From assembly GCA_013239625.1 (NCBI GenBank), contig MU054187.1, forward strand, positions 17,228,711 through 17,292,710: a DNA stretch of 64,000 nt. Direction: 5' to 3'. The position numbers and the translations under genes are program-made. Under the pieces are notes generated by a model. The model was not told where the DNA came from, made no database searches, and worked only from the letters and a program-made list of their open reading frames with translations. Source of the stretch: Lama guanicoe (taxonomy: Eukaryota). Positions 1 through 12,480 of this stretch are shown piece after piece. The stretch's first letter is position 1. Each line of letters begins with the position of its first letter.

Positions 1-312
1 ATATAATTTTTATTTTCATCACTCTCTAGAAAGCTAATGAAACCCAAAGAGAGGGTCATGAGAACCTCTGATTTATAGCCATTTGGTCAGAAGTACTGGT
101 GAAAAACTGGCCTTGCAATGGGCATCTGAAACAGAGGTCAGCCTTGTGGAACTGGGCCCTCATCCTGCGGAACCTGATGGTATCTGGACAGTGTCAGGAC
201 TGAGCTGAATGGTAGTGGGAACCTCAGAGAATGTTTGGCTGTGTGGGGAAGCCCCTCTCCCCAGCACCATCCCCAAAAAAAGATGCATTGCAAATTGGCG
301 ATCAGAATCATT
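1..312 (+). mobile_element. 3' part of MER21-like LTR (ERVL class)
   Basis: GAACCTCTGATTTATAGCC..GGTCAGAAGTAC..GGCATCTGAA..CTTGTGGAACTG..GACAGTGTCAGGACTG resembles the recalled MER21 3' consensus; runs off the window start. Confidence 0.6.
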
Positions 313-959
313 AGAAGAAAGAAGAAAAATAATTAAAAGTTGGGACGAAGGAGTACGTTAATGTGTTTATAAGTTAATCATGTTAGGTAAATCTGATAAT
401 GATACAAACTACAATCTACTAAGAAATTCGGGTTTCAGGGTGCTGGGAGATTATTATTCCTTCTACAGTGATACAAACACCAAGTTTCAGGCAAAGAATA
501 AAATATTTGATCAATATCTATCACTGCTCTTAAACATCTACCCTTAAAATGACATAATATTACAGCTGAAGTTACAGATTTCTACCAGTAAGTTGACACA
601 AGGTAACTTCCTGGATCAAAGTGAGATACTTAGAATCACATCTGTTAACATAAGTAGCAGAATTGTAATTTTTAGTTTAAACAAATAAACTTTTGTTTTT
701 CTGCCTACGTCATAACATTTTTGTTAGGACAGCCTTAGTAGTTACCATTGTTGAGAATTTTAAAATGTATTGTTTTTCTCTTTGATTATAATAGAAACAT
801 GTTTTATGTTAGAAGAAAATTTAAATCAAATAGCCTAAAATCCTGAGAGGCAATTAATGTCTTTGTTGATTTCCATTATTTTAAAAACATATTCGGGATC
901 ATGGAATAAATGAGATTTTCTATTCAAGTTATTTTACAAATTAAAGTTAACACATTGTT

Positions 960-1275
960 TTTTCATTGTTTCAAATTAATAAGTAGCCTTCAATGACAAG
1001 TTAATGGCTTCCTAACAAATTGGTTCTTTGAAGTGTCATGAATTGTTTAACCATCCACTGACAATTACATATTTTATTTACAACTTATAATTTTATTATA
1101 AATGCCACTATAATAAGCATCTTTATTGTTAAATCTTTGTTCCATTATCTCTCAATTCCCTAAAACTTACTAACAGAAATTGAGTTACTTACAATTAATT
1201 GCTTTTTGTTATTTTGGGTAAATGCTGGGAAATTACTTGCTGAAAATGGCATTCCACTGAATGACCCATATGGTA
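960..1275 (-). mobile_element. highly decayed old L1 (L1ME-like) 3' fragment
   Basis: GTTTAACCATCCACT..AAATGCCACTATAATAAGCATCTTT..AAATCTTTGT..AAATGCTGGGAAATTAC resembles antisense old L1 3' region. Confidence 0.4.
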
Positions 1276-1899
1276 AATGAGAAATAAATCTAAATAAAGC
1301 TTCCCTTACAAATACACACACAGATGCATACACATTTTACACATATTTAATAGTCTTTTAACCACCAGAATATCTAAATCTATAAATTAATAAATAAATA
1401 TTTAAACAAACATTATTAAGTGAATAGAGGTAGCAAGAGAAATTGTAGGTATTACAAACCAACAGGGAGCTAAAGAACTAAACAATAAGTTTACAATTTG
1501 ATATTGAGACAGCTGTGAGTTAGTAGGAAAGTAAGAGAATGAATTGCAATCTTTAGATTTAAATTTAATTTGCACATTGTAGGGTAAGACTAGAGCCAAG
1601 AGCCTGTGGAGCTTTGTGAAATCAGAAATCTGAATAAAATTGTGAACCAGAAACATTGTAGACCTACTAGCACAGGATAGGTAGCTTCCTTGTCTTCATC
1701 TAAACTCAGGACAGATAAATTAAAACACACATGATGAAACTCCTGGTAAAACTGAGAAAGTATTGGGTACATTTAATAATAGAATTAATTATCCTGAATT
1801 AATATAATGTAATTGATCAGTAGTAAAATATGTACCAGAAAACAAATGTTAACAATGATTAACAATACCAAAGTAAGGATTCAAATATAACACATAAGA

Positions 1900-2700
1900 A
1901 TATATTATGAAAAAAGAAGAAAATTTAAAATATACAAATAACCATATGTTACAATTTTCACATAAACACTAGATAATAGTAAACTGGAAAATGGATGCGA
2001 TAAAATAATCTGGAATTCTACACAGGGTTACAACATTTGGAAATAGATAAGAAAATACAAGAAAGACTAACATAAAATTAACACACATTCCAAAAGGAGA
2101 CAATTGAGAGAGTGAAGAACAGCAATATTCAGAGATGGCTGACATGACCAATAATTTTACCTATTTAGTAAAAGATATGACTCAGACTTAAGAGACACAA
2201 TACATGTCTTAAGAAGAATAAGTATAAACACATTTATATGTAGATACATTTGTGAAAGTCAGAATAATAAGTTCAAAGAGATGATACTGAAAGTGGGCAA
2301 AGAGAACACATTCACCATCCAAATATGATACGTAAACTAACAAAAGATAACAATAACAACAATATCTGCTAAGAATAAGGAATGCTAATAAAATAGCTTT
2401 CACGTGCTGAATACGAGAATGCCCAATCAGAATTTTCTTTCCAAGTACCATCAGTCAAGAGTGAAAAAAATTAAATATATACATATAAGGTTTTAAAGAT
2501 CTCTAACTGATAGATCTTGTTGAATGAATTTCAAGAAGATATAATTTAAGGGAAAATATTCAACCCAAAAGGAAGAAATAAAATTACATAGCAATAGTGA
2601 ACAAAAGAACTGATAACGTACGTGTTTAAATTTAAGCAATTACTGACCATAATGAAGACAACAACAACAACAAAAAAGGTTTTAAATACGCAAATAAACT
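1900..2700 (+). mobile_element. decayed old L1 ORF1 region
   Basis: A-rich, with ORF1-type landmarks (CCAAAAGGAGA..GCAATATTCAGAGA..AATTTT..AAAGATATGA..AAGAAGAATAA); no intact frame. Confidence 0.5.
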
Positions 2701-2734
2701 GGAATTAGAATTTGAAAATGTACAAAAAAGGCTT

Positions 2735-3905
2735 TTCTTATAGGGAAGTTTATTGTACTGAATGCATACATTAGAAAAAAGAAAAATCTGAAATCAATAA
2801 TTGATGCTCCCGCCTTAAGAAACTAGGAAAGTAAATTAAAGTCCAAAGTAAGTAGGAAAAAAAAATAATAATAATTAGAGCAGAAATCAATAAAATTGAA
2901 AATAGAAAATCAATAGGGAAAATCAACATAAAATAGTTTTTGTTTTTTCATTTTTTGGGTTGTTTTTTTTTTTAGCATCAATTAAATTGATAGGCCTCTA
3001 GCCAGGTTAACTAGGGAAAAAAAAAACCAAAAGAAGTAACACAAACTACTAATATCAGAAATGAAAGAGGGATATCACTCTAGATCTCATGAATAATAAA
3101 AAGGTGATAAAGAAATACCATGAAAAAGTCTATGCCCACAAATTTCACAACCTTGGGGAAAAAGACCAATTCCTTGAAAGACACAATCTGCCAAACTCAT
3201 AAAAGAAGAAATAGATAATCTGAACAGGCCTATATGAAATAATGTGAATCAACTGCTAATAACCTTGCTAAACAGAAAGCAACAGGCCTGGATGGGTTCT
3301 ACCAAATATTTGAAAAACAAATTTTATGAATTCTCTACAGTTTCTTCCTAAAGATTGAAGCATATGGAATATTTTCTCATTCTATGGGCTTATCAGTACC
3401 CCAAAACCAAAACCAGACAAAGACATTACAAGAAAAGTAAATTACAGACCAGTATATATCCAAATTCTCAACAAAATAATAGCACATTAAATCCCACAAC
3501 ATATAAAATGAATTATATAACACAAATGAGTGAGATTTACGCCAGGTATGCACGAATGTTGCAGCATTTGAAAATCCACTAATACAGTTCATTACATTGA
3601 AAGGGTAAAGAAGAAAAATCACATCATTAGATCAACAGATATAGAAAAATACTTGGCAAAATCTAATATCCACTGAGAATAAAAACTCTCAGCAAACTAG
3701 GAATACAAGGGAAGTTTCTCTACTTGATGGATAATATCTACATAAATTTATAGGTTCATAAATTGTAGCAAATGCAGCTCTGTGGTGCAGGATGTCCACA
3801 GTGGAGGAAATTGTGCCTTGTGGGGCCAGGGGTTACATAGGAACTCTCTGTACTCAATTTTGCTATGAATCTAAAGCTGCTCTAAAAAATAGTTTAATAA
3901 AAAAA
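2735..3905 (+). mobile_element. L1MC-like LINE-1: ORF2 fragment joined to 3' UTR/poly(A)
   Basis: ORF2 landmarks (AGAGCAGAAATCAATAAAATTGAAAA, CCAAAACCAGACAAAGACA, CTCAGCAAACTAGGAATA) to ~3745, then L1MC-type end (GAACTCTCTGTACT..TGAATCTAAAGCTGCTCTAAAAAAT..AATAAAAAAAAA). Confidence 0.8.
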
Positions 3906-4089
3906 ACTAAGAGAGGTAGTTGAATATTGTCAAAACATACTAAGGCATTTGTATTTTTTCAAAGAGGTAGAGAAATAATATATTTCAGACTTTGTAAAGT
4001 CAAGTAGGCATTCTGAAAAAAAAAACTGCATTATATGATTTCTAAACTATTGTTAATAGAAGAAAATAGAGAAATCTAACTTAATGCAA

Positions 4090-5590
4090 TTTTATTTTTA
4101 TAGTTTAAAATCCTGGCTTCATTGAAGTATAATTGATATATAAAATTATAAAATACTGAAAGTGTAAAATGGGATAATTGTATATACATACACATTGTGA
4201 AAGGATTCCCTTCATCAATTTAATTAAAACACATCCGTCACCTCACACATTTACCTTTCGGTGTGTGTGTGTGAGAACATTTAAATTCTAGTCTCTTAGC
4301 AAATTTCAATTATGCAATACAGAGTTGGCCACTGTAATTACAATCTTTAATATAAGATCCTCAGATCTTATTTGTCTTATAATTGAGAGTTTACACCCTT
4401 TTACCAACCTCTCTCCATTTCCCCCACCCTTGGCAACTACTTTTTCACTATGTTCAACTTAAAACAAAATTAAAAAAAAAATTCTACATGTAAGTGATGT
4501 CACTTGGTATCTGTCTTTGTGTGGATTAATGCCCTTCAGGTTATTCATGTTGCCTTTTTTTATTTTAAGGTTAAATAATATTCCTTTATATATCTATACA
4601 TATAGATCACATTTATACGTTTATATAATCACATATATCACATTTTCTCTATTCATTCATCCATTGATGGACACAGGTAGTTTCCATACTTTTGCTATTG
4701 TGACTAATACTGCTATGGACCTAAGGATAGAGATATCTCTTCAAGATGATAATTTCATTTCCTTTGGATATGTACCTGAGCTGGGATTACTGGGTCATAT
4801 GGTAGTTCTATTTTTAATTTCTTGAGAAATCTCCATATTGTTTTCCAAAGTGGCTTTACCAGTTTACATACCCATCAACAGAGTACAAGTGTTCTCTTTT
4901 TTCTACATTGTCACTAACACTTGTTATCTCTTGTCTTTTTAATAACAGAAACCCTAATGAGTGCGAGATGACATCTCATTGCGGTTTTAATTTGCATTTC
5001 CTTGATGATTTCACCAGTGACATTGAGAACCTTTTCTTGTACCTGTTGGTTGACCATCTGTATATCTTCTTTGGAAAAGTGTCTATTCAGATCATTTGCC
5101 CATCTTTAAACTGTTTTATTTATGTATATATTTATTTATGTATTATTTATTTATTTGTTACTGAGTTGTATAGTTTCTTTAATATTTTAGATATTAAGCC
5201 CTTATCAGATATGTGGTTTGCAAATATTTTCTCCCATTCCTAAGGTTGCCTCTTCATTTTCTTGATGGTTTCCTTTACTGTATAGAAGCTTTTTAATGTG
5301 ATGTAGTCCAACTTGTTTATTTTTGCATTTGTGTCTTCACTTTTGGTGTTAGATCCAAAAATTCATTGCCAAGACCAATGTCAAGGAGTTTACCCCTTCA
5401 GTCTTCTTTTCAAAGTTTTATGGTTTCAGGTCTTATGTTTTATCCATTACGTTACTCCATTTTGAATTGATTTTTGTGTACAGTGTAAGATAAGGGTCCA
5501 GCTTCATTCTTTTGCGTGTGACTACCCAGGTTCCCCAACATCATTTATTGAAGAGACTATCTTTCCCTCATTGTATATTCTTGGCTTCTT
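4090..5590 (-). mobile_element. 5'-truncated LINE-1 (L1MA-type 3' end plus ORF2 C-terminus)
   Basis: Antisense L1 3' end (ATTGAAGTATAATTGA..CACATTGTGAAAGGATT) and ORF2 (TTGCATTTCCTTGATGATT, GCAAATATTTTCTCCCATTC); flanked by a long direct repeat at 4031-4089 / 5591-5648. Confidence 0.9.
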
Positions 5591-5869
5591 TTATATGATT
5601 TCTAAACTAATCCTAACGTAAGGAAATGGAGACTATATTTTAATGCAAGTTTAAATGCCAGAGATAACTGGATTTGCTTTTTTTTTAATCAAGGTAATCA
5701 AGGTAAATTATGTATAAACCTCATTCCTGGAGTACTCAAATATGTTTAAAAGGAAGAAGAAAGCTACACTCAGAAAATATAGAGAACTATTGCAATTTAT
5801 TTTGATTCATGTTTATATAACTTTAAAGTAAAAACAATTCTCAGGGAAAAAACAGATGTAATACATAAT

Positions 5870-6050
5870 GACAAGAATTTTGAGTTTCTTTGCCCTTAAT
5901 AATCTAGCTTAAAATATGTAAAGCAAAATTGACATGATGACAAGCAGACATTTTCAACTCTTTAATCATAGTGAGTTATCTTAATATACCTAGTTTAATA
6001 ATTGATAGACATAGCAGACAAAAGATTAGTAAGGGTTTAAAGTAATTTTA
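5870..6050 (+). mobile_element. old L1 ORF2 endonuclease-region fragment
   Basis: AAAATATGTAAAGCAAAATTGACA..ATCATAGTGAG..TTAATATACC..ATTGATAGACATAGCAGACAAAAGATTAGTAAGG resembles the L1 endonuclease coding region. Confidence 0.5.
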
Positions 6051-6159
6051 TTGGGCACATGGAGATTAACTTGGGAAGGGAAAGCTAGATACACTTGTTG
6101 ATGCTACTCATATTAAAATTGTGCCCTAAACAGAGCATAGATGTTGCTGCACAAAAACT

Positions 6160-6468
6160 GTAATTCACCTCTACAATAAAAACATTTATAGTGTCAATGA
6201 AAAACAATTCTTTTTAACCATAGGACATCACCATCTAACTATTCATGAACATTTAACTGAACTAGATGATAAATGTTTGGTTTACTCTAGTGAAACATTA
6301 TGAGGTAATTATAAATTAGGGCTTGGGTTAGGGTTAGGGTTAGGGTTAGCTTTCTATAAAATAATGGCTCACCATTTATAACTAGCATCTAGCAATGATT
6401 TTAAAGATAGACTAATTAAAAATGCATTTCTATGATATATAAAAGATTCATTGTAATTAAAACATACC
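6160..6468. mobile_element. degenerate palindromic element (possible ancient non-autonomous DNA transposon, MER136-like) with TTAGGG core
   Basis: Left end CTACAATAAAAACATTTATAGTGTCAATGAAAAAC aligns loosely with the reverse complement of the right end (TTACAATGAATCTTTTATATATCATAGAAATGC); telomere-like repeats lie in the middle. Confidence 0.4.
6316..6349 (+). repeat. short telomere-like (TTAGGG)n tract
   Basis: TTAGGG CTTGGG TTAGGG TTAGGG TTAGGG TTAG read directly. Confidence 0.9.
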
Positions 6469-8812
6469 TACTTATATGAATATCTATGAAAAATGTCTTA
6501 CAATTTACTCAAAACTGTCCTTTTAAATAATCTGGAAAACCCAGTGGCATTGTTTCTTTGTAAGTCTGGAAAGTCTGTTTTATCCTCTAAGATAAGTAGA
6601 TGCATGCTTCTCATAAAGGTTTAATCTAATGGTACCTACTATTTTAGGAAAAAGGAAAAAAAATAGTTGATATATTACATGAATATAAATTATAATACTT
6701 AATTTGCATATTATATTTAATATGAGATTATTATTTGAGTTTTCATGCTTATGCTGCACCCTATAGAGGACATTTAAATTCAAATATAGTAAGCTATAGA
6801 ATTTTTAAAAAATTTTATCTGATGGTAGATTTGAATCAAAACTGTTCTTGCCAGACAATTCTATATTAAAAGACCTTTAATGATTTATGCAGAATTTGTC
6901 CCCAAAGAACTGAAATGTATTCTTTCAATTTTTTTTTCATTTAAAGGTTTGATCCTACATCAATGATCCTACATCACTGATGCTTCAAAATATTAAAAAT
7001 CAAAGAGACTTTTATTCAAAGAATTTATGGAAAACAAATATTATATTCTTTTCTGGTCTTAAAGGCTTAGAATTATTTGGTTTATAGCACAATCTGAAAC
7101 AAGTCAAAACAATACCTGAAATATTTTGAAACTTAAAAAGGGGAAAAAATCTTTTAAAAGCATTCTTCTGACATTTAGTTATCTTTATAACTAAAAAAGC
7201 ACTCACAAAAAACCAAAAAAAGCTAAGTTAAATACCAGCCCATGGTATTCAGAGTAAAACATGTGATATTTCCTTTATTAAAAAGAGGAATTTTCTTGTT
7301 AACTCTCAGCATTCTGAGAAAGATAACAGTATATCTGTCTATTTTGTAAGAAACTCAAAAATATAAAATAATCCTCACTTGTATGTTTTCCAAGTTGGTA
7401 TTTTCTCTTAAAGTGTGTTTTATTATTGATTTGAAGACTCATACGTGCATTTTCAACATATTTTCAAAGTGGCATCAATACACTTCTACATAAAACTCAA
7501 ATTTGCATGAAACTTCACTTAATTCACTTTGAAAATTATTTGTAATCCAAATGTACAAACACTTACTCAGCACTTATCATACAGAAGAACTAGGCTGAGA
7601 ATCAAGTATACCTGTTGATCTCAGAGCAAGAAGCCATTCATAAGTATTAACACTCCACAGTATTGCAGGAGTCATAAAGAGTACAACCACTAGAAAGATG
7701 TGGTTTTTATATTCAGGGATTATACAGTCTACTTAAGAAGAAAATGCATATGAAATAGTGAGAGACAAAGATAAGTATCATTATATTCGCATATTTCAGG
7801 CTACGTTAAGAGGTTAGATGTTAGTTCTGAACTGGGGCTCCTCGACAGAGTTTAGCTCTCAATTTTATCCTGCCAGTTTGCTCCTCTGTGTAGCTAGATT
7901 GGATAACTCCACACTGAACAGGTTTTATGGCTCACCAAGAAGATTTGCACATTCTCTGCCTTTCATAGCCCAGGACGAAGCGTTCTTGTCAACTCATGCT
8001 TAGACTTTGCTCAGGTAAAGCAGATTAGGTGGCAACACCAATGTTATTTAATATCAAACTCAAGATCAGTGAGCAGATTTAAGTACAGGGGACAAAGATT
8101 ATATATTCATAGTAATATTAGCAAGAAAAACTCTAAGTACAGAAGTTTAAATGTCAGGTTCTGTAATGAAGAGAGCATCTTTGTGTAAGAGCACCCTAAA
8201 ACTTTAAAACACATTGAAGAAAAATTATTTTTAAGGGGCAAACAGTAGGAGAAGATAAGAAGTATTATCTCTCCTCATTATTTTTTTAAGATCTTATCCA
8301 GTTTGAGCTTAAAAAAAACCCTAAGGCTATCATAAGACAAAGAAAATTGTCTATTTCTTTCCAATTTTGTCTACTCACTGCTTTAGACTTAATGTGGAAT
8401 CCTCCCAGTTACTAAAGTTGCAAGATTGTCATGTGTAGCTTATTGCTGTGAACATTGTCTTTGCCTCACTGGTATTTTATTGACAGGTAGTAAAAAGTGG
8501 TAATAATAACTGTTGGCCAAACACAATTTCAATCATGTTATAACGATACTACTAAAAACTCATTAGATCCTAAAATATATTTGTAGATAAAGAGGTGAAA
8601 TTCAGATGAATGGATTTGAGCATTAATGTCTGTTACTGCCACTTCCTTCACTGTTAACAACACTGTCAGGGGGGTAAGAGTAAATGTACACGTGAAAATC
8701 AAATTTCTACTTTGGAAAGACTTTGGTTTATTAGGTGCTAAATTCACAGCTTAATTTTACATTTATCTTCTGAAATTTAAATAATGACTGTTGGCTTTTG
8801 AATCATTGGTAA

Positions 8813-9040
8813 AATATTCATCCAACAACACATTAAAAATGTTCTTTGAATATCTACTATGCACCTATTGGTGAATGTACTTGTTTATAATTACTTATTG
8901 CTTACCTAGTGTGTAGCAAGCATTACTCTGAATGTTGAGGATCCAGCATTGAACAAGAAAAAGAGAGATTATCTTGGTTTTTATCAAATTTACGGTCTAC
9001 CCAGACTTTACATAAATAATTACACAAATCATTGTTTATT
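8813..9040 (-). mobile_element. L2 LINE 3' fragment(s)
   Basis: ATTCATCCAACA..TTGAATATCTACTATG and TTATTGCTTACCTAGTGTGTAGCAAGCATTACTCTGAATGTTGAGGATCCAGCATTGAACAAGA match the antisense L2 tail pattern. Confidence 0.6.
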
Positions 9041-9163
9041 TACTCTTGTAAGACAAAGTATATACACTTCTGTCTCCCAGAAACGCATAATTGAATTAGA
9101 TGGCTAAAACACACACACACACAAGTTAACTAGCCATATAAATCAGCATTTTAAGTGGAATGC

Positions 9164-9587
9164 TGTGGTGGACACAAAGATGTACAAAGACTGCCCAAAT
9201 CTTCCTTTCCCAAGCAAGAACGTGTTGCCTGAGGTATCAGTCAAGCCTCATTTTGTCAACAGTTTAATGGCTTGGTTTAGCTATTCAAAGCCTCGTTATG
9301 CAGGGGCATGCCTTTCCTGTGATGACCCAAATCTAACGCGTGATCAAGGCAGAGGTAAGAAAGCCCAGCCCTCGCAAGAACTGAAGGACAATTCTAGTGG
9401 TTTATACATGCTTCCTAACTCTAGGTGAGGATGACTGAAGCTTCGTTGATTTTTCTTTCCAGTTTGATTCCCCCCCACGACCAATCCTTTACCTCTCCAC
9501 TTATTAACACCTAATGAATACCCTTCACACAAAATTCCTCTTCAGTGTCTGGTCTGTTTCTGAAGAAACCAACCTTTCTTTGATACA
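9164..9587 (+). mobile_element. LTR16-like ERVL LTR (5' LTR)
   Basis: Starts TGTGGTGG, ends TGTTTCTGAAGAAACCAACC..TGATACA; ~420 bp; followed directly by internal sequence. Confidence 0.65.
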
Positions 9588-11270
9588 TGGAAGTAGGAGT
9601 CATCCTAGAAAGCAGATGACAAGGTGTTCATTGTGTCGGGGGGGAGGCTATATCCACACTACCTAGCAGGGAACGAGGACTCCCTTACTGACAGTAGGTA
9701 GAGCACAGATGGCTCCAGAAAAAATGGTGCTCCAATAATTAAAGCCTTCATTGGTAGTGAATTGAGACGATTTACTCATAGAAGGGAATGTACCAACTTG
9801 TGATTTGTCAAGCAGTTAAGGAGTTTGGAAGGAAACAGTAAGTCTAAGGATAATGGGCTTGGATGGCTGTTATTCAGTGCCATTGGCGCCCTGTTGAAAT
9901 ACAAGTACGAGATGCCAGTGGCTGATAGACAATTGAAAACTACATATGAAAAGCAGCTGACCTCTAGAAATTCACAAAGGGGCTCTCATCATGCATCAGG
10001 AACGCAGAAGGTAGCCCAAGGTGAAGGCCGGGCCTACAGCTTAATAATCAGACCATTCCAGAGCATTTCAGGGAAGGGCAAAGGCCCAACCAAGGAAGAT
10101 CTGTAGTGTCAAGACCAGGCCTTGGTTTGGAACATACAGAACACTGACAGTTGAGATGGGGACATCCAGGGAGTGCCCATGAAAATGCTCAAGCCACAGG
10201 ACTTTCTGAACCCTCTGAGCATGTAAAAAGGTCACACCTCTTCCTCTTAAGAGTTAACGCTCCACAGTTACTTGCTTTTGTGTGTGTGTGTGCTCAAGAC
10301 ATCATCTGCCTCCCCTCTTCTCCTTCCTCTAGGCTTATAACTGGAGTTATGTCATGACGTAAATTAGTTGGAGGTATGCTGGTTCTAAATATATATTTTC
10401 CCCAAAATAGTAAGACTTAGCAAACACATACCAACAGGAGCCACGGATAGATGGGACTCAATTCTTAGGTTACCTAATCTAAGGAGTTGAAACACAAAAT
10501 TGGATCAAAAGTTATTTATTCATTTGAGAGCATTTTCCCAAGACATAGACATGAATGCTCTAGCAATGACCCCATGAGATGTTGGGAACTCACTATTAGC
10601 GTGGCTTCTAGGAGCAAGGGAAAAGCAATGGACCATGATAATTGAAATTAAAATGCCAGAACAGCATGGCAGACTGTGGAAAATAGGATTAAAAGGCTCG
10701 AGAACATGAACATGACAAAGTGAATAAACCATGTAAGGTAGGAGTACTCACCACACAGGGCACAGAAGTTATGCCCTTACCAAGACCTTAAGGAATGTAC
10801 TGGTGAGAGAGGAGCCGGCGGTACTTAAAGATTTGGTGGTGGCTTCCTCTACAGGGGGAGCTGGCAGCAGGCAGAATCACTAATGAGAAGAAGAATGACA
10901 GGACCCTGAAACAATGCAGGCCAGGCAGCTAGGGGGATGCAATTATCAGGATGAGCTGCGGGGTCACAGTAACAGCCAAGGGTGTTTGACCCACATATCC
11001 ATGCAGATTGTTAATAGCACATGGCATCCTGGTACCAGCTAGATGGGCAGCTAATAAAGGTGATATTCAGCTCATAGCATAAGGAGAAATCGAGGATGGG
11101 TGGCAGGATGTGGGCACTCATTCCAGTAAAATCACAGTCCTTTCCCCGGTTTCCAGACTTAAGTCAGTTTTCAGAGCTAGAACCCAGAGTCTTAAGAGGA
11201 GACCAAGTCCACAAGAGGAAAGACTCCATGGCAATTATAGACAATAATGATTCTCCTCGTCCCAGACATT
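9588..11270 (+). mobile_element. ERVL internal remnant (ERV3-16A3-like leader/gag region)
   Basis: Begins TGGAAGTAGGAGTCATCCTAGAAAGCAGA, like the recalled LTR16-associated internal start; ERVL gag-like landmarks (TTTACCAAG/CCTTACCAAGACCTTAAGGAATGTACTGGTGAGAG, CCCCGGTTTCCAGACTTAAGTCAGTTTTCAGAGCTAGAACCC); no intact ORF; ends at an L1. Confidence 0.6.
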
Positions 11271-12196
11271 CTCTTCAATAAGTGATGTTAGGAACCCTGG
11301 ACAGCTACATGTGAGTAATGAATTTAGAAAATTTTCTCACACAATACACAAAAATACACTCAAAATGGATTAAAGACCTAAATGTAAGACCAGAAACCGT
11401 GAAAGTCCTAGGAAAAAAACATAGGCAGTACACTCTTTGGTAATATTTTTTTTGGATCTGTCTCTTCAGGCAAGGAAAACAAAAGCAAAAATAACAAATG
11501 GGACATAAAACTTAAAGTCTTTCACACAGCAAAGGAAATCATCAACAAAACAAAACAAAAAGGCATCCTGCAGAATATGAGGAGATATTTGCAATTGATA
11601 CGCCTGATAAGGGGTTAATATACAAAGTGTATAAAAAAAACCTCATACAACTCAATACTAAAAAAAACAAAAAAAAACTGATTAAAAATGGAAAGAAGAC
11701 CTGAAAATGCATTTCTGCAAAGGAGACATACAGATTGCCAACAGACATGTGGAAAGACGTTCAATTTTACTAATCATCAAGGAAGTGCAAATCGTTACCA
11801 AAAAGCAGTCACCTCACCCTTGTCAGAATGGCTATTGTTAAAAAGACAGGAACTAACAAGTGTAGACAAGGATGTAGGAAAAAGGAAAGCCCAGCATCTG
11901 CTGATGGCAATGTGAATCGGTACAACACTATCAAAAACAGTACGGAGGGTCCCCCCAAGATTAAAAATAGAACTGCCGTATGATCCAGCAATCCACTCCT
12001 GAGTATATATCTGAAGAAAATTACACTGACTCAAAAAGATACATGCACCACAATGTTTATAGCAGCAATATTTACAGTAGCCAACACATGGAAGCATGTC
12101 TTGGATCCATCACAGGTGAATGGATAAAGACAATGTGGTACATACTCACACACACACACAATGGAATATCACTCAATCATAAAAAAGAATGGCATT
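11271..12196 (+). mobile_element. LINE-1 ORF2 C-terminal fragment
   Basis: CTCAAAATGGATTAAAGACCTAAATGTAAGACC, TGATCCAGCAATCCACTCCTG, GAATGGATAAAGACAATGTGGTA; frames disrupted. Confidence 0.9.
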
Positions 12197-12480
12197 TTAT
12201 ATCTTGCTTTTTAAATCCATTGTATCTCTGCATTTTGATTGGATGGTTTAGCCCATTAAAATTTAGCATATTTATGGATATGGTTGTACTTAGGATCATT
12301 ATATTAATAATCTTATTTTTGTTTTTCTTTTCCTTTTTTGTTGCTTATTGGTTCCAACTTCTCTTCCTTCATTTGGATCATTTGTAATATTTTTTGAGGA
12401 GGGGAATTCTACTTCTTTGCAGTTTTTGGTTATTCTAGAGTTCATATTATGCATTTTTAATGTTCACATTTTATTTAGAG
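12197..12480 (-). mobile_element. old L1 fragment (ORF2 start / inter-ORF), antisense
   Basis: TCTTGCTTTTTAAATCCATT..TCTCTGCATTTTGATTGGATGGTTTAGCCCATTAAAATTTA is the reverse complement of the L1 ORF2 start (LNVNGLN-P-KR type region). Confidence 0.55.

Noticed and set aside
6091..6165. Possible U6 snRNA pseudogene (CATATTAAAATTG..ACAGAG..CTGCACAA)
   Set aside because: Only three short patches match U6, with no TSD; too weak to call without a covariance-model search.
6950..6980. 14-bp tandem repeat TGATCCTACATCA(A/C)
   Set aside because: Ordinary two-copy slippage duplication.
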